The notes under the pieces are model-generated. The model worked only from the letters and a program-made list of their open reading frames with translations. It was not told where the DNA came from and did no database searches. From the UHGV virus genome UHGV-0205859: 15,795 nucleotides of DNA. One strand, written 5' to 3'. Shown here in pieces: positions 1 to 6,919 of the stretch. Within the stretch, counting starts at the first letter, position 1. The number at the start of each line of letters is the position of its first letter. Origin of the DNA: a virus. Position numbers and translations under genes: made by a program.

Positions 1-410
1 ACCGTGATGGTACGGGTATCTGGACCATCTGCCGTGGTGCCACAATGGTGGACGGTAAGCCTGTCGTTCCTGGCATGAAGCTGACGAAGGAAAAATGCGA
101 CCGAGTGAACGCCATCGAACGGGATAAGGCGCTGACGTGGGTGGAGAAAAACATCAAAGTGCCACTGACCGAACCGCAGAAAGCGGGCATTGCGTCATTC
201 TGTCCGTACAACATCGGGCCTTCGAAATGCTTCACCTCAACGTTTTACCGGAAACTGAACGCCGGAGACCGGAAAGGTGCATGTGCTGAAATCCGCCGGT
301 GGATATATGACGGTGGCAAAGACTGCTGTATCCGCTCAAATAATTGCTACGGTCAGGTATCCCGGCGTGACCAGGAAAGTGCGCTGGCGTGCTGGGGAAT
401 CGACAGATAA
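1..410 (+). CDS. R: Phage endolysin (lysozyme, glycoside hydrolase family 24), 5'-truncated by the window edge
   Basis: Frame 3 is open from nt 3 (RDGTGIWTICRGATMVDGKPV...) and ends at TGA 408-410. The C-terminal region (FYRKLNAGDRKGACAEIRRWIYDGGK) resembles lambdoid prophage lysozymes of the RrrD/phage 21 R type as recalled. It sits immediately upstream of Rz/Rz1. Confidence 0.85.
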   Translation, partial: RDGTGIWTICRGATMVDGKPVVPGMKLTKEKCDRVNAIERDKALTWVEKNIKVPLTEPQKAGIASFCPYNIGPSKCFTSTFYRKLNAGDRKGACAEIRRWIYDGGKDCCIRSNNCYGQVSRRDQESALACWGIDR

Positions 411-629
411 GCAGAATATTTTGCTGAAAAATGACGCCTGCTCACGCGGGCGGATAACACGAAATCCTGCGAACTGGCAAAGCGTAAGTGAATAAAAGTA
501 AAAAAACCGATTGTTAGCGCAAACGGGGTTTTGTGTTTCTGACCTTGAATAAGGCAAGGGAGAAATTATGGGTAGGGAGGTTCTTTCCCTGTGAGGAAGT
601 ATAAAAGACTCTTTCTGAGGTTGTCCATT

Positions 630-749
630 ATGAAAGGCATTGAGGTGGAGACGCCAGCAAGTCTGGATTTAACAAGAGCGGCAGCAATTGCCATTCGTAT
701 TGTGGCAATTGCTGTTCTTGTCTGGGCAATCCCGTTGGTGGTGATATGA
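630..749 (+). CDS. Hypothetical 39-aa small membrane peptide ([39 protein letters not shown]), not in the ORF track because it is under 60 aa
   Basis: ATG at 630 is preceded by GAGG at 617-620. Its stop TGA (747-749) overlaps the Rz start (ATGA at 746-749), suggesting translational coupling. Acidic N-terminus followed by a roughly 20-residue hydrophobic stretch. An alternative in-frame GTG start at 591 lies downstream of GGGAGG. Confidence 0.3.
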   Translation: MKGIEVETPASLDLTRAAAIAIRIVAIAVLVWAIPLVVI

Positions 750-1213
750 ATCGTGTGCTGTATGGCGTGCTTATTGTCCTGCTGCTTGGTTGTGGAGCGA
801 TGTGGCTGGCAACAAACCATTACCGTGATAACGCCATTACCTACAAAGCGCAGCGCGATAACAAAGCCAGTGAACTGGAGAAAGCGAATGCAACCATTAC
901 TGACATGCAGCAGCGCCAGCGTGATGTTGCTGCACTCGATGCAAAATATACAAAGGAGTTAGCCGATGCAAAAGCTGAAAATGAAAATCTGCGCGCTGAT
1001 GTTGCCGCTGGCCGCCGCAGCCTGCGGGTCAACGCCACCTGTGTGCCCGCCACAGATAAAACCACCGGCACCACCCGCATGGGTAATGCAACCCGTCCCC
1101 GACTGGCAGACGCCGCTCAACGGAATTATTTCACCCTCAGAGAGCGACTGATGACGATGCAGAAACAACTGGAAGGGGCACAGCTCTACATCAGTGAGCA
1201 ATGCCTCAGATAA
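746..1213 (+). CDS. Rz: Rz i-spanin (inner-membrane spanin subunit)
   Basis: 155 aa with an N-terminal transmembrane segment and a coiled-coil periplasmic domain. The [19 protein letters not shown] and [20 protein letters not shown] motifs match lambda Rz as recalled. Confidence 0.9.
   Translation: MNRVLYGVLIVLLLGCGAMWLATNHYRDNAITYKAQRDNKASELEKANATITDMQQRQRDVAALDAKYTKELADAKAENENLRADVAAGRRSLRVNATCVPATDKTTGTTRMGNATRPRLADAAQRNYFTLRERLMTMQKQLEGAQLYISEQCLR
966..1151 (+). CDS. Rz1: Rz1 o-spanin (outer-membrane lipoprotein), nested in the +1 frame inside Rz
   Basis: 61-aa ORF wholly inside Rz in another frame. It has a signal peptide with a lipobox-like LAAAACGS and a proline-rich mature region ([27 protein letters not shown]) closely matching lambda Rz1 as recalled. 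Confidence 0.85.
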   Translation: MQKLKMKICALMLPLAAAACGSTPPVCPPQIKPPAPPAWVMQPVPDWQTPLNGIISPSESD

Positions 1214-2229
1214 AAACCGGTAAGGGATAATCCGCTTAAGATTTACCGGTGGCGAAGAGAGCCAAGGCATCAAATTACGCGATTACCTGTAGCAGTACAA
1301 TATATGGTTTACGTTTTCTTATTAATTCCAGATGTATGCCTGTGCGCCGTATCGTCGCCGTATTCCTGCATTAACAGAGACCGCAGCCCTTGCGGGATAC
1401 TCCTCTGCGCGAGTGTGCGGGTATAATCAAAAACGATGCACACCGGGTTTTGCTGCGAGAACTGAACGGGGCGCGTATTGTATCCTCATAATTGCCCGCC
1501 CAGTGCGATGGTGGAAGAAACCGGAATGATGAATTGTGAATGCAAAATATGGTTCTGCATTGAATAATACAGGCATTGTTTCCTGTTTACATCCAGAACA
1601 TATTTAAATATGCCTGCCTGGGACAGAGTAAAGTGGCTACGGAAAAAAGGTATGCTTCCGGATAAATGTTTTTTGATAACCAGTTTTGTCCAGATATTGT
1701 TTGATCTGTGGTTTATATAAACAGGTCTTTTTTTGGTCTGTACCGTGATCATACTATGGTTATGTGTGGTAAAGCGTATATTCCCTGTAGACAGGAAATA
1801 AAAACAATGCGAGATATCATTTTTTTTTAAGATAGTCAGTGACGGAAATAATATCGCTATTGTGTGATGAAATAAGCAAGGATATAACAGAGCTAAGCCG
1901 GTTGTTCTCTGTGGGGACACAATCTGGTGGCGATAAATCAGAATGCGTGATGTAAAGATTAAGCATGTAAAACCATGGTGTTTAACTGAAGGTTACTGTG
2001 CGGCGGGAAAATAATGAAGTGAAAAGCTAATGTCTATTTGTTATTTTCGCATGATAAAGCAGAGGTATTATTTTTTTGCTAATTTATTCTTTTGATATGT
2101 CTTATCTGTATTTGTGGTTGGTTGTAAACCTCTATTGCAACTGACATCGTCAGCAATGTTGCATACTCATTCAGGTGCAACATGGCGTGGAAGAAAGAAT
2201 ACAGGTATGAGGATATTTGAGTGGATGAT

Positions 2230-2256
2230 AAAAAAAAGCCGCAGGTGGTATGCGGC
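2230..2256 (-). terminator. Candidate rho-independent terminator on the minus strand
   Basis: Plus strand reads A8 (2230-2237) then GCCGCA (2238-2243), a 7-nt loop, and TGCGGC (2251-2256). On the minus strand this is a perfect 6-bp GC-rich stem followed by eight T residues. Confidence 0.5.
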
Positions 2257-2375
2257 ATGAAATGGCACGAATCAGTGGATATATCTTTTTTCGTTTGTAT
2301 TTTTATCTTATTTCCAGAGGTGTAATCAATTCGAAAAATACGTGAGAACAGAGCGTATATTTTCGACCTTTTTAT

Positions 2376-2432
2376 GGGTCCTCCTGGTGGGGTCGGCCTG
2401 TCCACGGGGCGGGTCGGCGCGGAAAAAGGCGC
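2376..2432. other. Candidate cos region (cosN-like GC-rich block) for cohesive-end packaging
   Basis: A sharply GC-rich island inside AT-rich DNA, about 190 bp upstream of the terminase small-subunit start, matching lambda's cosN-to-Nu1 spacing. ACGGGGCGGGTCGGCGCGG (2404-2422) resembles the lambda cos sequence ACGGGGCGGCGACCTCGCGGG as recalled. A second GGGGCGGC occurs at 2542-2549. Confidence 0.4.
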
Positions 2433-2608
2433 ATTTTTGTGATTTTATCGCCATCATCATCATGTCTGTAACTTATTGTTTTAAATTGTTTTGATGCAAA
2501 AAAGATGATGAATGTGGTTGATTTTTGTTCGACATCTTTGTGGGGCGGCATTTCTTTACAAAAAAACAGAGTCACTTCTGTTTTGCGGGTTACGTGGAGG
2601 ACGTGTAA

Positions 2609-3085
2609 ATGGACGGCGAGCTGAAAAATATGAAGTTAAATATTAATCAACTGGCATCCCTTTCAGGCCTGCACCGGCAGACTGTTACCGCAAGAATGGC
2701 AGATGTTCCTCTTGCACCAGGCAGCAATGAGAAGAAAAAACTTTATTTCCTGACGGATTTGATTACCTCGCTGCTGGAAAAGCCACCATCCACCGAAGAT
2801 GAGGAGATGAATCCACACGATCGCAAGGCATGGTATCAGTCCGAGCGCGAGCGCCTTAAATTTCAGCATGAAACTGTTCAGCTTGTGCCCGTCAGTGATG
2901 TCAGGCGGTCGTTTTCCGTCGTGGTGAAAGCCATTGTGCAGATACTGGAAACCTGGCCTGACAGGCTGGAAAGGGACAGGGGGTGGACTGCATCACAACT
3001 GAACGAAGTGCAGATCGTTGTTGATGAGATCCGTGACACGCTGGAAAAGGCAGTGATTGCCTGCTGTGATGAGGCTGATATGTGA
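2609..3085 (+). CDS. Terminase small subunit (DNA-recognition subunit, Nu1-like role)
   Basis: 158 aa, GGAGG at 2596-2600. N-terminal helix-turn-helix-like segment (LNINQLASLSGLHRQTVTARMA). Its stop overlaps the large-subunit GTG start (GTGA). Position directly upstream of a GpA-type large terminase. Confidence 0.75.
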   Translation: MDGELKNMKLNINQLASLSGLHRQTVTARMADVPLAPGSNEKKKLYFLTDLITSLLEKPPSTEDEEMNPHDRKAWYQSERERLKFQHETVQLVPVSDVRRSFSVVVKAIVQILETWPDRLERDRGWTASQLNEVQIVVDEIRDTLEKAVIACCDEADM

Positions 3086-5205
3086 ATCCGGTTAACGAGT
3101 GCCATAGCCGCGCATCCGATATCTGGCGCGAAGTGGCCTCGCTGTTTCGCCCACCCAGCCGGTTACCTGTGGTGGAAGCCATCAGGCGTTATATGCGGGT
3201 ACCACGGGGAGCCAATACATCCGGTCCGTGGGAGTCATCGCTGACGCCCTATATGATAGACCCCATTAATACATTATCAGCCCGTGAATATGACGCGGTG
3301 GTGTTTGTCGGACCTGCGCGAACGGGCAAAACCGAGGGGCTGATTGACGGCTGGATTGTGTACGGCATCATCTGTGATCCGGCTGACATGCTGGTGGTGC
3401 AGATGACTGAGACGAAGGCGCGTGAGCATTCCAGAACGCGTCTTTCCAGGACGTTTCGCCACAGTCCGGAGGTCAGTAAGCGCCTCAGTCCTTCCCGTAA
3501 CGACAACAACGTCCACGACAAAATGTTTCTTGACGGCTCATTCCTGAAAATTGGCTGGCCGTCGATCACCGTATTTTCCTCCTCGGATTACCGTCGTGTG
3601 GCGCTGACGGATTATGACCGTTTCCCTGAAAACGTGGACGGGGAAGGGGATGCCTTCACCCTGGCCTCAAAGCGTACCACCACCTTTATGTCCTCCGGGA
3701 TGACCCTGGTTGAGAGTTCACCGGGGCGGGATATTACTGACACCAAATGGCGTTGTGGTGGCGCACATGAGGCACCGCCAACAACGGGGATCATGTCACT
3801 GTATAACCGGGGAGACCGCCGCCGGTGGTACTGGCCGTGTCCGCACTGCGGGGAATATTTTCAGCCGGTGATGGATAACATGACCGGTTACCGGAATAAC
3901 CCCGATTTTGTGGCTGCCGGTCAGGCTGCCCGTCTGATGTGTCCACACTGTCGCGGGCTGATTGCCCCGGAGCAGAAACGCGAACTGAATAACATGGGGA
4001 TCTGGCTGCGGGAAGGTGAGCGGGCGGCGGCGGATGGCAGTATCACTGGAACGCCACGAAATTCCAGGATAGCGAGCTTCTGGCTGGAGGGGCCAGCTGC
4101 CGCGTTTCAGACCTGGGAACAACTGATTTTTAAGCTGCTGTCGGCAGAAGAAGAATATGAGCGAACCGGCAGTGAAGAGACCCTGAAAGCGGTGGTGAAC
4201 ACCGATATCGGACGGCCTTATCTGCCCCGTTCAGCCACGGAACAGCGCAAAAGTGAGCTGCTTGAACAGCGTGCGGAGCCGGTTCCACTGCGATGTGTGC
4301 CGGATGGCGTGCGCTTCATTGAGGCAACGGTTGACGTACAGGGCGGTAAAAACAGCCGTTTTGTGGTGCAGATCACCGGATACGGAGAGCAGGGAGAACG
4401 CTGGATTGTTGATCGCTACAACATCCGGCATTCACTGCGCAGCAGCCCCAACGGTGAAAGCCTGCCGGTTGATCCGGCTGCGTATCCGGAAGACTGGACG
4501 TTGTTGCTGACGGATGTCTTCCATAAAACCTGGCCGCTGGCTTCCGATCCGGATGTTCGTATGCGTCTTATGGCGATGGCCGTGGATACGGGCGGTGAAG
4601 CAGGGGTGACGGATAATGCCTATCGTTTCTGGCGGCAGTGCCGCCGTGACGGACTGGGTAACCGGGTGTTTCTGTTCAAGGGCGATGGCCTGCGTCGCGA
4701 CAGACTGATTAACCGTACCTTCCCGGATAACACCGGCAGAAGTGCCCGCCGTGCCAGGGCCAGTGGTGATGTTGCCCTGTGGCTGGTGCAGACCGATGCG
4801 TTTAAGGATCGGGTGAATAATGCGCTGTGGCGTGACACGCCGGGACCGAATTATATCCACTTTCCTGACTGGCTGGGGCGGTGGTTTTTCGATGAGCTGA
4901 CCTATGAGGAGCGCGGCAGTGACGGAAAATGGCGAAAGCCGGGCAGGGGCGCTAACGAAGCATTTGACCTGCTGGTCTACGCGGATGCGCTTGCCGTTCT
5001 GCATGGCTACGAAAAGATCCGCTGGCCGTCAGCACCTGACTGGGCACAACGGGAAACGTGGCTTGTCGGTCCGGAGGGGCGTTCAGATGCGACAACGCCC
5101 ACGGCGTCGTCAGGAAGGAAAGAAAAATGCCGTCACCGGCAGGAAAAACTGCGCACAGAGCGGGCAGAGGATAATCCGTGGGTAACATCAGGAGGCTGGT
5201 TGTGA
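3082..5205 (+). CDS. A: Terminase large subunit, lambda GpA family
   Basis: 707 aa with GTG start overlapping the small-subunit stop. Walker A motif GPARTGKT (aa 77-84). Size and position are typical of GpA-type terminases of cos phages. Confidence 0.9.
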   Translation: MNPVNECHSRASDIWREVASLFRPPSRLPVVEAIRRYMRVPRGANTSGPWESSLTPYMIDPINTLSAREYDAVVFVGPARTGKTEGLIDGWIVYGIICDPADMLVVQMTETKAREHSRTRLSRTFRHSPEVSKRLSPSRNDNNVHDKMFLDGSFLKIGWPSITVFSSSDYRRVALTDYDRFPENVDGEGDAFTLASKRTTTFMSSGMTLVESSPGRDITDTKWRCGGAHEAPPTTGIMSLYNRGDRRRWYWPCPHCGEYFQPVMDNMTGYRNNPDFVAAGQAARLMCPHCRGLIAPEQKRELNNMGIWLREGERAAADGSITGTPRNSRIASFWLEGPAAAFQTWEQLIFKLLSAEEEYERTGSEETLKAVVNTDIGRPYLPRSATEQRKSELLEQRAEPVPLRCVPDGVRFIEATVDVQGGKNSRFVVQITGYGEQGERWIVDRYNIRHSLRSSPNGESLPVDPAAYPEDWTLLLTDVFHKTWPLASDPDVRMRLMAMAVDTGGEAGVTDNAYRFWRQCRRDGLGNRVFLFKGDGLRRDRLINRTFPDNTGRSARRARASGDVALWLVQTDAFKDRVNNALWRDTPGPNYIHFPDWLGRWFFDELTYEERGSDGKWRKPGRGANEAFDLLVYADALAVLHGYEKIRWPSAPDWAQRETWLVGPEGRSDATTPTASSGRKEKCRHRQEKLRTERAEDNPWVTSGGWL

Positions 5206-5414
5206 GTATTGATGATGTCAGGAACATGATACAGCGGTATCGCGATGCGGAAATGGCGGTACTGGAGGGAAAATCTGTCACGTTTAACGGGCAGCAACTG
5301 ACGCTGGAAAGTCTGTCACAGATCCGCGCCGGTCGTCAGGAGTGGGAGCGAAGACTTACGGCGATGGTGAACCGCAGACGCGGGGAGCCCGGGTTTAAAC
5401 TGGCGAGGTTCTGA
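5202..5414 (+). CDS. W: Head-tail joining protein gpW
   Basis: 70 aa from GTG 5202, with AGGAGG at 5190-5195 and overlap with the terminase stop (GTGA). The C-terminal RRRGEPGF resembles lambda W RRRGPAGF as recalled. The ORF-track start at 5178 is an upstream in-frame GTG without a Shine-Dalgarno sequence. Confidence 0.8.
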   Translation: MSIDDVRNMIQRYRDAEMAVLEGKSVTFNGQQLTLESLSQIRAGRQEWERRLTAMVNRRRGEPGFKLARF

Positions 5415-6919
5415 TGGCGATTAGCGATGATGTGATTGGTTTTTTCTCGCCCGGCTGGAAAGCAGCGCGATTACGCTCAAGGGCGTTAATTATGGCCTAT
5501 GAGGCCGTGAAACCCACCAGGACGCATAAAGCACGCCGGGAAAACCGTTCTGCCGATCAGCTCAGTAAATACGGTGCGGTTTCCCTTCGGGAGCAGGCCC
5601 GCTTTCTGGATATCAATCATGACCTGGTGATAGGCGTGTTTGACAAGCTGGAGGAGCGGGTGATTGGTGCGAAGGGGATCACCGTTGAGCCTAATCCGGT
5701 GATGAAAAACGGGGAGATTGCGGCGGAGCTGGCAGCGGATATCCGGCGGTTGTGGGCAGAATGGTCTGTCAGTCCGGATGTGACCGGACAGTACACCCGT
5801 CCCATGCTCGAACGCCTGTTACTGCGTACCTGGCTGCGTGACGGGGAGGTGTTTGCGCAGATGGTCAGTGGTGCGGCAAACGGTCTTAAGCGGTCTGCCG
5901 GTGTGCCTTTCTGGCTTGAGGCGATGGAGCCGGATTTTGTGCCCATGCGCAGTGATGAGTCTGCCGGACTGAATCAAGGCGTTTTTCTGGATGAGTGGGG
6001 GAGGCCGAAAAAATATCTGGTTTACAAAAATTATCCGGTTTCCGGGATACAGAGTGATACCAAAGAGATCGCCGCAGACAAAATGGTGCATCTGAAATTC
6101 ACCCGCCGCCTGCACCAGACGCGTGGTGCGTCCATGTTGTCCGGTGTGATGGTGCGTATCAGTGCGCTTAAGGAATATGAAGATGCCGAACTGACAGCGG
6201 CGCGTATTGCTGCGGCGCTGGGGCTGTATATCCGTAAGGGGGATGGACAGGATTACGACGATCAGGGAGCAGACAAAAAAGAAGAGCGGGAAGTGCATAT
6301 CACCCCGGGCATTATCTATGACGATTTGCGTAAGGGTGAGGATATCGGCATGGTCAAATCCGACCGTCCTAATCCAAATCTTGAAAATTTTCGTAATGGT
6401 CAGTTGCGTGCGGTGGCTGCAGGCAGTCGTCTGAGCTTTTCCAGTACCGCACGCAACTACAATGGCACCTACAGTTCACAGCGGCAGGAGCTGGTCGAGT
6501 CCACCGACGGTTACCTTATCCTGCAGGACTGCTTTATTGGCGCGGTAACCCGCCCGGTGTACCGTGCATGGCTGAATATGGTGGTTGCTGCCGGTCTGCT
6601 GAAAATCCCGTCTTGCCTGGATATGAAGACGTTATATAACGCGACATATTCAGGTCCGGTGATGCCGTGGATAGATCCGGTTAAGGAGGCTGAAGCCTGG
6701 CGGATACAGATCCGGGGTGGTGCCGCAACGGAATCCGACTGGGTACGTGCCGGCGGACGTCATCCGGATGAGGTTAAACGTCGCCGCAAGGCTGAAATTG
6801 ATGAAAACTGCAGACTGGGGCTGGTCTTTGATACTGACCCCGTCAACGACAAAGGAGGCAACAGTGCCGGAACTGAACGACAGCGTCAACAGGCCACCGA
6901 CAGCCAGCATGAAGAATAA
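5414..6919 (+). CDS. B: Portal protein (lambda gpB family)
   Basis: 501 aa; ATG overlaps the W stop (TGATG). Size and position between W and the capsid gene fit a portal; weak motif resemblance to lambda B. Confidence 0.85.
   Translation: MAISDDVIGFFSPGWKAARLRSRALIMAYEAVKPTRTHKARRENRSADQLSKYGAVSLREQARFLDINHDLVIGVFDKLEERVIGAKGITVEPNPVMKNGEIAAELAADIRRLWAEWSVSPDVTGQYTRPMLERLLLRTWLRDGEVFAQMVSGAANGLKRSAGVPFWLEAMEPDFVPMRSDESAGLNQGVFLDEWGRPKKYLVYKNYPVSGIQSDTKEIAADKMVHLKFTRRLHQTRGASMLSGVMVRISALKEYEDAELTAARIAAALGLYIRKGDGQDYDDQGADKKEEREVHITPGIIYDDLRKGEDIGMVKSDRPNPNLENFRNGQLRAVAAGSRLSFSSTARNYNGTYSSQRQELVESTDGYLILQDCFIGAVTRPVYRAWLNMVVAAGLLKIPSCLDMKTLYNATYSGPVMPWIDPVKEAEAWRIQIRGGAATESDWVRAGGRHPDEVKRRRKAEIDENCRLGLVFDTDPVNDKGGNSAGTERQRQQATDSQHEE

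Noticed and set aside
566-820. 84-aa minus-strand ORF overlapping the small ORF and the Rz start
   Set aside because: Overlaps the well-supported Rz start on the opposite strand, has no RBS and a low-complexity product.
1332-1529. 65-aa plus-strand ORF in the spacer
   Set aside because: No Shine-Dalgarno sequence; Arg/Cys/Ala-rich product with no recognisable features; coincides with the GC-enriched island and is more likely a chance frame.
1486-1920. 144-aa minus-strand ORF in the AT-rich spacer
   Set aside because: Composition typical of translated AT-rich non-coding DNA (many His/Asn/Ile/Phe residues), no RBS, and no resemblance to Bor or other known morons. Noted as possible non-coding DNA instead.
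2300-2345. Possible tRNA T-loop-like AATTCGAAAAA
   Set aside because: No flanking GC-rich T-stem, acceptor stem or D-arm could be formed, so it is not a tRNA.
4432-5004. 190-aa minus-strand ORF inside the terminase large-subunit gene
   Set aside because: Antisense to a strongly supported CDS, with no RBS and an unconvincing composition.
5178-5201. ORF-track start of gpW at 5178
   Set aside because: This GTG lies inside the terminase gene without an RBS. GTG 5202 follows AGGAGG by 6 nt and gives a product close to the 68 aa of lambda W.
5819-6298. 159-aa minus-strand ORF inside the portal gene
   Set aside because: Antisense overlap with the portal gene; the product is His/Arg-rich and low-complexity.
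6717-6908. Upstream ORF-track start (6717) for the protease-capsid gene
   Set aside because: It would create a 200-nt overlap with the portal gene in another frame and has no RBS. A start at 6909 or 6933 just before the ClpP-like domain is more plausible.
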